From positions 26,893,926 to 26,957,925 of the forward strand of contig JAUZTB010000118.1 in assembly GCA_034780895.1 (NCBI GenBank): DNA of 64,000 nt, read 5' to 3'. Shown piece after piece: positions 13,601-27,089 of this stretch (positions are counted from its first letter, which is position 1; every line of letters begins with the position of its first letter). Both the position numbers and the translations under genes were made by a program. Origin of the DNA: Rhynchobatus australiae (Eukaryota). Under the pieces are notes generated by a model. The model searched no databases, was not told the origin of the DNA, and saw nothing but the letters and a program-made list of their open reading frames with translations.

Positions 13601-16600
13601 TGTTAGTCAATTTAATTTTGCAAATATTAGTTCATTTTTCCTACAATAGAGGTTTTTCTGCCAATAAAGAAAATGTGCTATGTGCAAATGCAGATTCCTG
13701 ATATGAAACATGGGTTGTACTTTATTATATCTATCAGAGTGTCCAAATAAGGATTCTGGTTTCATTCATATACGGTGTTGAAGATCAGTCCAGTGGAAGA
13801 ACTACTGAACTTCTCTCAGTTTGGGGCCTTTACCTTGTCATTAAAAAAAAGATAACAGTGGAAAATTGAAACTGTTCCAATGCATGAATTTAATTCACAT
13901 CAGTCTTCAGTTCAGATACTAAACACAATTTCAGTCTTCACTATACCAAATGAAGGTGAATCTCAACCAGCAGCACCTAGAGATAAGACATGTATTACAG
14001 CATGTAAGGAAAATTGATTTTGGTGATTGCCTTCAGATATATCAAAACAGTAAGGGGGANNNNNNNNNNNNNNNNNNNNNNNNNNNNNNNNNNNNNNNNN
14101 NNNNNNNNNNNNNNNNNNNNNNNNNNNNNNNNNNNNNNNNNNNNNNNNNNNNNNNNNNNNNNNNNNNNNNNNNNNNNNNNNNNNNNNNNNNNNNNNNNNN
14201 NNNNNNNNNNNNNNNNNNNNNNNNNTTGTAATCTCACTGCTTAAAAATGCAGGTTTTCTGGTGCTGATGCAATTTGCTCACTTGATACCTTGTGATTTTT
14301 TAAAAATGTGTTGCTATTCATTTCTAATCGTTACAATTGCTCATTAACCTGACTGGCCAATTAACTACATATACAGACAGAGCAAGCAGTGTACTGATTT
14401 TGCTTGTTGCTGTTTCGATGAGTGCGACAGACCTATTCTGTATGCTCTAATTAGTNNNNNNNNNNCAAACTGCCACCAACTACCTCATGCTGCTTGATTA
14501 ACGGCCATGCCACAGATGTCAGACAGAGACCATGACTATAGATTCCCATCAAGATTCAGACTTCCTTTATACTGACAGATGAAAGAGCTCTAAGTAGTTA
14601 GAAAACTATAAGCCATGTCCTGTCTTTCTCTATGCATTCTGCCACGTTTGCATCACTTTGAAAAGAAACTACCAGTTTCAGCAGATCAGTATTTCAGAGA
14701 CTAATATACCTGCATACAAAAGCATTAAACGAACACTTATAGTTGCCCCAAGTTAATAGACTAACCCCACATACATTCACTAAGATGCCTTTGTTTAAAT
14801 AGATAGCGGAATTATATTTTGGATCAATTGACACAAGGATTGTAACAGGGTGCTATCAAAATTTTATTTGTTTAATTGACTTTTTCCCACGATAATATGT
14901 TCTGTAAAGTATTACCCTCTGATTTTTGTGGCTTGGTTCTTTTGCAATTAAAGATTACAGGGTGAAATATTAGCAAATACATCTATGCTCAGAGTAGCTA
15001 TGGATCTCAGAGCAACATTATTTATTATTAAAGCTGAATGATACCTGGAATCTTGAATGTCGCTTCTTGTAAGCAACTTTATCACACTTTTATTCAATGA
15101 AATGACTGCAGAAGTAGTAAAGAGATGCAGCTTATCCCACTACAGGCCTGACATAGCTTTGCTGTCCACAATTCATCTGTAGAAAAATTCCAGGTTTTTC
15201 TTGGAACACAAGCCACTTAACAATGCCATAACAGAGCATATGGTCATATGATATTGTACCGCAGATATATAAATCACAACGCAGGCAGCAACAGCAAAGC
15301 GAGAAGGGTTACACAACTGATGTTATTTATACTAAGGGTCACCACCTATTAAAGTATCTGGTGCTAAAAAGATCCATGTTAATTCATTCTTCCCATTATC
15401 TTTCCCCTTTTCTTGGCTCATATGTAATGATAAATACTTATTTTGTTGATTTATTCTGACCTTTCTATTTATGTTCAATTTATTTTTTGCTGTGTAAGTG
15501 CAAAGGAATAAGTATCTAACACTGTAAAGCAGATGAGCAATAAAAGCTTTCTTCTAAATTCATATCTCTAGAGCATTATATAGAATCCAAGTGTCTTCAT
15601 CCAATTCCTTTATATTCACTTTGCTTTCAAGCTCATAAACTACAATTCTGTGTTATATGTACAAAGATAACTATTAAAATTGTTTACTTACAAAAGTGGC
15701 ATGACATTTTCACTTTTTATTCCTTAACTATTCTTAATGTAAATGCAGAAATTACAGATGATGGATGCATATTTAAAATATACCACATACCGGTCTGACC
15801 AATTAAAGTTCATTTCTAACACACTGCAATTTTCTATTTCATGCTAGATCTGTTAACGCTATTTCAGGTATATTGCAAAACTACCAGCTGCTTTGTATGA
15901 TTAACTTACATTTATTTCTAAGCTATACACTTCAGACAATTTGATAACAGCACTTTTTGTTTCAATAATTTGTACAAGGGATATGAACATTGCTACTAAT
16001 GCCACTTCTGATAGCTTCTAGTTAATTTAAAATAGAGAAAAACTGAACTGACTGCCATTTAGTTTGACAGGGCTCTCTATAATGAAAGATTGTTTACATG
16101 TTACAGAGAAATTATGAATGTGTAAATTATACTTTATTATGATTATACTAAATCTAGACACAATAGAAATTTTCACTGTTGAATTTAAATTGGTCATGGC
16201 TCATGAAAAGAATAGAATTTGTGTCTACATGAAATATATAAGACCGCTTCAATCTGTTAAACAAACTTAAAATTTGAATTTGGAATGCTTAATTCTGAAG
16301 TAATAATGTTTTGGGGAGGGTATAGAAAGAAGCATAAAGAATTTTTTCCTTACATTTCTGCTCTTATTGGTTATATGTTGTTAAAACTGTACTAGGAATG
16401 ACAAGGCAGTAGTTCTCATCAGAGACCTAATTTATTGCAGTTTGAGGTCTTGCTTCCATGAATTGATTCTGCTGTGGCTATGAAACATAATCTTGCTTTT
16501 TGGGAAATAAAAACCTCCTAATATCAAAGTTTTCAATAACAAGGTAGCATTGCATTTGGTGTTTATGATCATTTTCTAGGAAGAAATTGATCGCACGTTA

Positions 16601-18958
16601 AATCCCACCAGATAAGAATAGAACATGATCAGAAGAGCTTCTAACACATGAAACTACTTCTGATGGCATTCAAACAAAACCACTAAATACTTATGCTTTC
16701 TAGAATTTAAAAAAACATAAGCAAAAGAAGCATTGATGATTCCTGAACATGAAGCATCCATCAATAGAAAAGATGAGGTTTCAAATCAGGGAGTTGTTGA
16801 TATAAGTTGGCGTAGAGATGGGAGAAAATCTGAGTATATCTTACAGCATAATACATTCAATAACCTCATATTACAGCTTCAGGGTTAATTTATGTTCTTT
16901 GCAGAACCATACCTGGGTGACTAATAGAGGGGCGGTGTGCCAAAATTACCTCATTCACTCAACTAAAGTTCCCTTTGAAAAAGGACCATGTGCAGCTCTG
17001 TCTTAAAGTCATTTGGTCTTCTCATTTCTCTGGCAGTATTGTCTGCAAATCTTCTTGCAGAGTTCAACATACCGTGCATGAGGTTTTAGATGAATACAGT
17101 ATTTTCATTCTGAAAATCTGACTATTTTAAGGGAAATTTAATCAAAAATATTAAAAGGGAAAATTGCAAGGAGTGGCTACAAATAAATATGACAGAAAAG
17201 GACGGAGAAGCAAAACCGTTAATTATTACGTTGTGGCTTTTGTGGTTGGTGTTCAGATGTTCAAAAATGAGCACTTGAGGTTATTCTGGCAAAGAGACAT
17301 TGTTTAAGCAATAATGGACATATGCATGCACTTTATTGCAAACTTAATGTTGAAGCCATCAATTTGTCATGGATATTGCTTTCTCAATTTACCATGGCTG
17401 TGCCCATCAAGTCAGCGACTCTGTTCAATCATATTTCAAGGAGTGTTTACACTTTAGTCATTTTATTAAATGCTGAATTACGGTGGAATGCTATGCCAAA
17501 TCCTGTAATGTTTATATAGATCTTGCCGATCAATACTTAAGTCGTACCATTTAATGACAGGAAGACATCATTAATTGACAATCTGAGTATTGTTTCAGCA
17601 CGTGAGAGCAGTGACAGGGAGATTCCTCAGCACTACTAAGAATTACTCTTATTTCATTATTTGTACATAAATCATATTTACCGACCACCAAGGTATTTAT
17701 ACATTTATGACAAATTCTGTGAAGGAACAAAATAAATAATTTATTAGATTTTCAAATAATTTAAGCACCATCAATAAGGATGCCTATTGTAGATTTATTG
17801 AGTAGCACAGCACAGAAATGGGCCCTCAAATCCACCATACACATGTCGACTGTTGTACCTTCTATACTAATCCCATTTGCCTGGATTGGATGTTGGATGT
17901 TTCTCAGTCTCCCAGCCATCCCCTTTTATTTTGTGATGAAACTTTGAACCAATGGTGTCTGAGGACAAATGTTGGTGCATCATACTGATAGTCCAGGTGA
18001 AGATCAAAGGCAATCTCAGAGCTCGTGACAATTCAGTTGTGTATCCTTCCCCTCTAACTCACACACTATCACCAATGTTGCATTTGAAGGAAATGAGTGC
18101 TGGGGTCTTAACGTGATTCACAAAATTGATTGTAAATTATGTGCAGTTGTTGGCTGTCAAGTTGAGAGATCATCAGTATGCCTGCTTAAGTTTACTTTGA
18201 AATCACTGCAATGGACAACTTAAGTCATCTGTCCCTTCCATGGAGAAAGGCTGTTAAACTGATGGAGAAAATTCAACCCTGGAGTTGTTCATGGAAATGT
18301 CTGACTCTAGAATCAAACCAAATGATGCATGGGATCAGAGAATGGGGAGATTATTCAGCCCAGTGAGTCTGTACTAGCTCTTTTGGAAGTGTAATCTCAC
18401 TCCCCACTCTTTTCCTGTATCCTTGCAGTTGTTTTTTCACCAGGCATTTGCCTGATTCCTTTTCGTTGGTTATGCAACACCTGCTGACAGAAGGTCAGTT
18501 AATTGTGGAGAAGGGTTTTGACTCATCTTTTAAAAACCTACAGGAATGTTAGCTGTCTTCTTTCACAAATAATTGTACTCTTAAGTTCTTCTGATGACAA
18601 CGTTTAGCAGCTATGTGTTCCCACCACTTCAGCAGTCAAGACTCCCATAGCAATGCAACAACACATGGAACACTAACAGTGTGATTAGTAATGCCGTTGT
18701 GAACTCTTGTTTATCCTACAATTAATGAAGCAATGGGAGCCATATTAGGATTCTCATCACAACCAGAGCCTCATTATGTTTTGGAGTGGGGAAGGGAAGT
18801 GGTATTCACTACTGTAAAGGCAAAAATAGGCTAAGTTACCTGTTGGTTTCTCACCAACAGTTTTATGGTATGAAAGGCTTAGAGGATCAATGGTGTGCTA
18901 ATGCTATGAATCTGTAATTGTATATATCTAGACAAAGAGTGACAGGAATTGTGCCCAC

Positions 18959-19044
18959 CTGCTGCTGGTGTAGAAAGGCTGGGTCCCTTGAGCTGAGTCC
19001 CACAAATTGCCGGTTGGCAGGGGGTGTACCTGAACCTGTATAGG
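18959..19044 (-). CDS. NFIB: NFIB exon 10 equivalent, 86 nt: (A/T)[28 protein letters not shown]
   Basis: Acceptor ctttgtctttaccag, donor gtgggc. Matches recalled NFIB [28 protein letters not shown]. Phase 1-0. Confidence 0.95.
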
Positions 19045-19194
19045 CTGGTAAAGACAAAGAGAAGTTAGAATCAATTCAATAGGCCTTTTGCAAACTGTTA
19101 TATATAAACCTTTCATTGCATTATTAAAGCAAACTGTTTTATATGGCAAACTTCTCAGATATGGAGGCAGAATATATTTTTAAGTTAAAAATAA

Positions 19195-19320
19195 AATAGA
19201 AATGCTTGAAGTATTCAGCAAGTCAGATAGCTCCACAGATATTCCTTGATTTGCAGAGTACTTCCAGCACTTGTTTTACTTCAGATTTCGAGCATCTGCA
19301 GCATTTTGCTTTGGATTTTT
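19195..19320. mobile_element. Old decayed fold-back PLE end just upstream of the exon 10 acceptor
   Basis: aaatgcttgaagtattcagcaagtcag ... ttgcagagtacttccagca..tcagatttcgagcatctgcagca: an inverted arrangement like the 42873 copy. Confidence 0.55.
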
Positions 19321-20559
19321 TTTAAAAACTCAGCAAAAAATAGCAACTGGTACCTATGCCTGTCTCAATACTTGGGGTAAAACAGCTTAAGTATTGCTCC
19401 TGGCAATACCAACATAAGAATTCATTCAATGAGACATTTCTTGGTCTGCCTTTTTAAGAGGAGACATTAATTTTCTCTAATGAGTTAACATCTGCTAAAA
19501 GAAATCACATACAGTGGAATGCCATGTGATCAGTTCAATAATTAGCTTAACAAAATGAATCTTGTTTCTTTACAATGTGTTCTGGCTTAATTCTGAAGAT
19601 TGCCCTTTGCCCTAGATTTCAATGGATATTATCATGTTTTTATCACTGTCAGATCAAATTAGCAAATTTCAGTGCATTGACAGCTTTTGGTTCTTGGAAT
19701 ACAGGGAGTGGTCCAATCCAACATCTAAAGGTTAAAGTAATTGCCTGACTGTTTGAGTTAACTGCTGGAGACATACCATTAGAGTGGAGCAAGGAACATC
19801 TCTTCTTTCAGGAAAACCATCTTTCTGAATAAACTGACAGCTGTCATCTTTTTAAGGATGGAGAGCATAGGGTGTAAGTAGATAAAATTTCGTGATCTCG
19901 GTGAAAAATAGTATGAATCCAACCTTTGAACAGAACCCCATTTTGAAAGTTATCTCTAGCCAGATATGTTTAGAGGTGATGTTTGGTAGCAACTGCACAT
20001 TCTATTGTACTTTCCAATATTCATTTGATTAATTTCAATAGACTGTATTTTATAATTTCAGTAGGGCACTCTACTACCACTGAACAGTTCAGCTTTGCTA
20101 ATTTCTAAGCAATCATCCCACATTATTTGAAAGTTTGCTCTAGTGCCAGGAGAGCAAAGCACCTGTCAGGAACATCTTCCTTTCACACTTGTAATCTTTG
20201 ATTAGTTTATGATTTTGGACTTCAGCTGGCTTTTCAGTTTTAATTGGTGGTTTTACATCAAAGTAATTTTTCAAAAGGTATTGGTGCAAAAAGTGCCGAA
20301 ATAAATGGGTATTCCAAGACTAGGGAGTAATTTTTAACAAAGATGACTTAAATACAGATTGTTTTTGTGTAACCCTCTATTCAGATTGTAAGTGTGACCA
20401 GAGTTTCTGGTTGTCTACACTTTTAATTTTCTATCCCACTCTGATTTTCTTCAATGTACCACACTGTTGAGTAAAGTTCAATGTAAGCTTGAGAAATGGT
20501 ACAATATTTTTCACCTATGTTTAACCCAATCTCCTAAATACAACATTAAGTTCAACAGT

Positions 20560-20850
20560 TTAGGTAATGATTTTGCTGTTTCACCTCGACCAGACCTTTC
20601 TTCTATTGTTTTGCACATTCTATTACCGCCCCCCCTTAACTTGTACAATCAACAATTTTATCATTTAATTGCTCCTCCTTCTACCCCATTCTAGGTCTGC
20701 CCTTTTCTTCCTCCATCTTTCTCTGCACCTTAAAACATGCTTTCTCTCTGATCTTTTTTCACTTCTGGTGAAGGGTCACTGATCTGGAATGTTACCTCTG
20801 TCTCTCTCTAACCTGCTAAGTGATTTCTAGCAGTTTCAGTTTTTACCTTA
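20560..20850 (+). mobile_element. Old PLE 3' end with decayed hammerhead (20761-20800)
   Basis: Pyrimidine-rich tract followed by ttCTGGTGAAGGGTCACTGATCTGGAATGTTacc and acctgctaagtgatttctagca, homologous to the other PLE ends. Confidence 0.6.
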
Positions 20851-22465
20851 CCAAAGGTGTACAATGTACGAATTGTGAAATTTATCCTGTAGTTGGTTTG
20901 AATGGAAATGGTAACATTTAAAATAAGCAAAAAAAACCCTAAGTATATAAAAATAAAATTGAAATCTGGAAGAAAATCATCTTTGAAAATACTGAGACCA
21001 AATCTCTTATTGAATTTATTATTGTTTATTTTTGGCACCAATTTAATTATCTTGTCCCTTCCCTTTCTTGCTGGAGCAGAGTCTGTGTCTGCTAATTGGC
21101 TCCAGGTACCTTGCTAAATAGCTAATATTATTGAAAGGCTCTGCATTTGAAGTGTTGGCAAATGGTTCAGTCACGGGGTCTGGCTTTATCTAGTCTTCAC
21201 CCAATACCAAATGTCACAGAATGGCAGTGAGGAGAATGACCCATGGCAAATATTAACTCTCCTAACCAGGAACAATGAGGTCCATTGCAAAGCCACTACC
21301 CCACTATTGTGTGATCAACTAACTAAACATAGAAGGAGGATTAAATTGAGGACTTTCGTTACTGAGCCAGTACTGTTCAGCTACTCACTATGTAAGCTTG
21401 AAAAACTACTGGGGAATTATTGCTGCTCTTACACCATCTTTGTTGAGGAATGGAGAAAACTTGCTCAAACCACAAGTTCATGGCCAGCCACAAATATATC
21501 TTTTTTTCATTGATTTTGAATTAGAAATGATTTTATAAGCATACATGTTATAAATCTCACTGCAATACCATGGTAGAACTGTTCCAATAAAGCTCACCAG
21601 AAGTTTTAGGTTTAGGACAAAAAAAATACACACTTACTGCATTCAGTGTAAGCTCACCTTTAATTCTTGGGCTCAGGACAACTACCTGTACTTTATACGT
21701 GACCAGACACGGGTTTGAACAGCTGNNNNNNNNNNNNNNNNNNNNNNNNNNNNNNNNNNNNNNNNNNNNNNNNNNNNNNNNNNNNNNNNNNNNNNNNNNN
21801 NNNNNNNNNNNNNNNNNNNNNNNNNNNNNNNNNNNNNNNNATTAGTGAGCCTTTGTTAACTTCATCCAGACAGAGATACAGAACACAGTGTGGCAGTTTA
21901 ACCACAGTACTTGGGAAAAAGATGATCTATCTCAGCACGTTCCAGCACATCTGATTTTCATCATTAATACAGTCTGAGACCGCTCTCTTGAAATTTGCTG
22001 TGGTCAGTCAAAGCTCATAATACCATTTCAATTGTAGGTTGCAGCTGTCACAAATCAAATTTTCTGGAATAATTTATTATTACCGTAAAATCAAAAGTTC
22101 AAGTATAATTATATCTCTGTCCAATGCTGTTCATTGTTTAGGAGGAGCTGATAAGTTAGCGGTCAAATAAGCTGGCCTTTACTGAAATTTGTCTTAAATT
22201 GACAAGAATTAGCCCTTATCATCTAATTGGCTGTGTAAGATCATTGCCACTCTATTGTGTTTGCACATTTTAGGTTCTGTTTTAATAATGCAAATGAGAG
22301 AGAAAAGCACAAAAGACAAAACAAATCCGTTTTACCAAGCATATGTAAGTAGCGAAAAATATTTCTACAGATACTATTTTATTTACCTCATGAATGTGAA
22401 TTCTATTCCTGCATCAGGATTTTATAACCACAGGTTAACACCTCATCTAACTTAATGGTACTTAC

Positions 22466-22634
22466 TGGATGATGGGGATGATGATGCCTCACCTTCGGTT
22501 GATGTAGTGATGGGTTTAGTGTCTGAAGACATGGCCAGGGTCACCGGTCTGGACATGCCATGATGGGGTGAGGGAGCCAGTACTGATGTAAAATGACCAG
22601 GCACTTTGCCCACTACTTGACCACTACTATTTGG
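22466..22634 (-). CDS. NFIB: NFIB exon 9 equivalent, 169 nt (142 nt with the internal donor, ending at 22493): [47 protein letters not shown][GEASSSPSS]
   Basis: Acceptor tgttcccttccacag, donors gtgagg and gtaagt. [19 protein letters not shown] is NFIB-like rather than NFIA/C/X. Partly visible in ORF 22452..22718. Confidence 0.96.
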
Positions 22635-22935
22635 CTGTGGAAGGGAACACAAAAAGCAGAAGATCAGTATTCCCTCATCATGGCTTTGCAAAACATAATC
22701 TTTATTTTTAAACTGCAAAAGTCAAGCTGGCTAAAAATCTTATAGAACAAGAATTCAATATCGCTGACAAGTGTCCAACATTCTTATTCAGTCACTATTA
22801 CCTACGATACATGATATGGAAGTTGCCATAACCTGTCCATGCTAGTGTCCAAGTTCCACTTGAGCCTCTTCCCATCTGTTCTCATTTAAATCTCTCAGTG
22901 TAACCCTCCATCCTTTCCTCACTCATACCCTTGTC

Positions 22936-23033
22936 CAACAAACAATCTGCTGGAGGAACTCAGCGGGTCAGGCAGCATCTGTGGGGGGCAAGGGATTGTC
23001 GACATTTTGGGTTTCAACCCTGCATCAGGACTC
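22936..23033 (-). mobile_element. Short PLE end (family B) with degenerate hammerhead (22998-23031), 300 bp upstream of the exon 9 acceptor
   Basis: Minus strand GUC-CUGAUGCA-GGGU(UGAA)ACCC-AAAA-UG-UC-GAC. Weak TSD catacNNNtgtcca at 22924-22937 and 23040-23053. Confidence 0.8.
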
Positions 23034-25699
23034 TGTTTCCATACTTATGTCCACACTTCCCCTAAATGAATCTAAGTGATTTGTTTCAATCACTCTCAGT
23101 GGGAGCAAGTTCCACATTCTCACCGCCCAGAGTAAAGACTTTCCTTTAGAATTCCCCATTGAACTTGATCGCATGCCTTAAAACTTGCTTCCTCATTATC
23201 TCCCTTCATGCCTTTGAAAGCTGCCTATAAACCTATCTGTACAATTGCCTCCATTCTCCTTGATAAGTTGCGACTTTTATTACTTGTAACCTTTTGACCT
23301 CACAGTCCTATGAGATGTTCTTCTAGACTCAATATGTATACAAACTGCTGTGCTGTTGAAATCATGCTATTAACATATTTCCAAATATACACAGGATCAG
23401 ACTTTCCAGGAGGAATGGAAGAAAATATCAGTGTTCAGCATTACTACAAAGCAAAACTGCTACGATTTCTGTTGTCAGTGCTCCTCTGTTTTCCAACTTG
23501 CTCCAGCATAATCAAGTAAAATCAATGTTCTGAGAAGTAATTCAATTATTCACAAACCCTTCCCACTGTAAGATATCTTGAAAGTGCAATGTTTTGATGC
23601 ATGATGTGTAAGGGAGCTTTTAATGATTAATCTTTAAACTAAGATTAACCTTTACCAAAATCTTTGGCCCTCAATCCAAATTTTATGTCTCTGGTTTGTA
23701 ACTTCATCAGACAAATATTTTAAAATATTTTAACACATTTTAAAATAATATGTTTCTGCTTCTAATTGTTCCTGTGGTATTCTAACCTGTATCCTCAACT
23801 TTATGTGTACTCTCCAATCCTTATATCGCACTCTATAAATGTTTACAATATCAGTTAAAATTGTGCTATTTTGTTTGTTTTTTTATGATTCCTGGAATCA
23901 TACACAGATACATTCTACTCCCAATCCATTTTAATGCCTAACTCATATGTCTATTAACACTCAACAAAACAATGTTCAAACAGCACTGTTCTCATAACTT
24001 CAGGACTAAGGCATCCATCATATCCTTTGGGATATGAATGTTGGATTTTCAGAAGGCTGCAACTTATTATGGGGAATGATAAATATGTAGAATTAAGCAA
24101 ACATTTCCAGCGTGTGGAATGTTTATAACAAAACTTACTTGTGTTAAAATAATAGTGCCTGATAAGTAACATTGCTTTTGGAACAAGGGATTAAAAAAAA
24201 TAAGCAAACTTGAACAAAGGCTCATGCAAATGAAGACCACTGCTAAGATATGAGTAAACCTTTATGCCTAATCATTTGAAAATTGTTCTATTCCCCTACT
24301 CAAAAGTTTTACATACTTATTTTGCAAAAAGTTGCTTAATTTCTTTTCCTACATTATTTGGAATTCTGCTTTTATTATTTCTAGTATGGCAATCCATATC
24401 ACATCATATATTTCTGCAAACCTATTGAACCTTTTTCTTTCTTTCAGTAATGGCAGTGAATTTATGCACTCAAGGAAACATTTTCCCTAATTTATTTTAT
24501 TAAGAAACATGATGAACACCTTGGTTTTCAAATTTATTTTGATCTATGAATTTTGTGATTCTAACTTTCGTGTTTTGCATAATACTTTCAAGATCAATTT
24601 CCCTCAAGCTCTTCCAAGCAGTTGGAAAGTAGAAAACTTCTCTCCATAGTTCAGTATCTCCCCTATTCTCTCAAGTTCTAACTACTGGTTATAACTGAAA
24701 TAAGCTATTCGGTGAAGGTAATTATGCAGAATTTATCGAACAAAAAATAACTGCCCTCTTCTCTATCTAGCAAGATCCCCTTTCTTCAGCAAAGCCTCAC
24801 CAAAATAAATCATAGATTAGACATAATAAGACAGAAATATGTTAGAGAACAAGCTCTGGGTTTCTGCAGCTCCTGGGTTTTTTATAGGATAGTTATGACA
24901 GCCTTCATTCAGAGAGGGTGCAGGAGGGAATGGGGGTCAGGGGTGAAGTCTAGAGTGTTTTCTGCAATTTGTTTTCAGAAGTGATGGCATCCATATATTT
25001 TCTAGATTCTGTAGCAAGTGTGCTCTAGAAAAAGGACTCATAATGCAGACTATTTACTGAATACTCAATTACCACTAATCCTCATCTTTGGAAGTAACAC
25101 TTGCTTCCATAAAACAGGATGCATTTATTAATAAAACTACTTGATCAGCCATCTCGCTTCTCCCTTTTTTATCACTTGTAATACAAGAGTTACTAAATGA
25201 AACTTCTTAGCCTGTGAACACCATCTGCTTCATTTTTATTTCTTCAAAAATGTAATCCTATCCAGACTTTTGCAATAACAATGACTGAATTTTACAAGGC
25301 TTCACTTTGCGCTCAGTGACTTAATTTAGAGCTAATATTTTAATAAACATTTATAGGAAATGAGTAAAGGCTAGTTGAGCAATGAATACCAGGGCAGTGT
25401 GTTATTTAACAATTAAAATATTTAACCCATCCTTCATAATTTCCTTATGTCATTGGGTCCACATACATCTTATTAACTAGTATGGAAAAGGTTTAACAAA
25501 CTATTTAACCCCTCCATGACTGCAAGTCAAGCATAACAATGCTAAGTCTCTCAGTAAATTCTACCCTATGAAATATAATCAGAGTTATGATAAAAGCTCA
25601 AATCTTAAATAAATTAACTCGCCAGGAAAAGATTTGTAACAGCTGAGATAGTTCTGCATAACTTTGTAAAGAACTGTATATGGAAATTGAACTTCTAGC

Positions 25700-26420
25700 A
25701 TTAAAAAAAATGTATTTTTTCATCAATAACATGAGTAGTAGATGGAGTATAAGGTAGAGGAATATGAAATTATCCACATTGATAGGCAGAAAAGAAAAGC
25801 AAAATATTACATAGATGGTGTAAGACAGTTGAATGCGCAGGTATAGCAAGTAATGAGAAAGGCAAATGGGATGTTGGCTGTCATTGGAAGGAGATAGGTA
25901 AAAGAACAGGGAAGCCTTATACAGGGCTGTGGTGAGGAGTATTGTGTACAGTTTTGGTCTCCTTATTTAAAGGAAGACATATTTGTCTCAGAGGCAAATT
26001 AAAGATTTGTGAAGGAAAGTTTAAGCAGATTAGACCTATATTCTCTGAAATTTAGAATCATGAAATGGTCTTACTGAAACATATAAGTTTCCAAGGGGGC
26101 TTGACAGATTAGACGCTTAAGGTATATTTCCTCTGGTGTTAGGGAATATAGTTGAGATAAGGGGTTTCCCATTTAACACTGAGACGAGGGGGAAGTTCTT
26201 CTCTAAGTGGTTTGTGAACCTCTGTAGTTCTCTACCTGAGAGCAACATGGAGACTGATTTGTTAAGTACATCCAAAGCTGAGACAGATTTCCAAACTTTA
26301 GGGGATCAGGTAGGAAGGAGCAGTTGAGGCCAAAGATTGGACCAGGCATGAAGACTTTGAATGGCAGAGCAGGCTCCAGAGACCACATTGCCTACTGCTG
26401 CTCCAACTTCTTATGTTCTT
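25700..26420 (+). mobile_element. Decayed CR1 LINE 3' portion
   Basis: gagtattgtgtacagttttggtctccttattt (EYCVQFWSPY) and a 3' UTR aatggcagagcaggctc...cctactgctgctcc..ttcttatgttctta. Confidence 0.8.
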
Positions 26421-26611
26421 AACAGGAAAAAAAAGCAATATATTGAGCAAGACCATTCCTTTTCATTGATTAACTCTACCTACACAGTGTCCTGTCATAT
26501 ATTGTCTCTTGCCAAAAATGTATTCATCTGCAAATTTCAAAAGTTGTCCTTCTATAGGTTTATTGGCCAGGTATGAAATACATTTCACCTCTGTCTGTAC
26601 TCCAAACCACC

Positions 26612-26752
26612 CCATCCTTGTATGTCCCCAACCTCTCCATATCCTTGTATGTCCCCAACCTCTCCATATCCTTGTATGTCCCCAACCTCTCCATCCTTGT
26701 ATGTCCCCAACCTCTCCATCCTTGTATGTCACCAACCTCTCCATCCTTATAT
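26612..26752 (+). repeat. Minisatellite, 5.5 copies of ccat(at)ccttgtatgtccccaacctct (25/27-bp units)
   Basis: Directly visible near-perfect tandem array; it explains the repetitive ORFs at 26463-26825. Confidence 0.95.
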
Positions 26753-27089
26753 ATCCTCGTATTACCCTATATGTTCTGTTACTTTAATTTTTTACCAGAG
26801 CAAAAAATGTCTTTGTGTTAAATGATGCAAGTGTCAAAACTGTTCAGCAGCAGTCCTCTCAATAATCACCTTGGATTGGGGAATGGGAAAAGAATCAATA
26901 CTCTCTACGTTCAAATAACTTAGGGTGCAATGTTACTGGATAATGATCAAAGCAATTTGCTGTTAATTTACAAATAATGCCATGTTATAACATTGAACAA
27001 TGACAAAATGCAACTGCGTCTCAGAACAGTAGTAATTCACTGAAGTGCTCACGCCTATGATTTCTGGGAGTATGAAAGAGCAGAAACTT

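Noticed and set aside
26463-26825. Repetitive-peptide ORFs, or a CRISPR-like array
   Set aside because: Pure tandem minisatellite with no unique spacers, in eukaryotic context.
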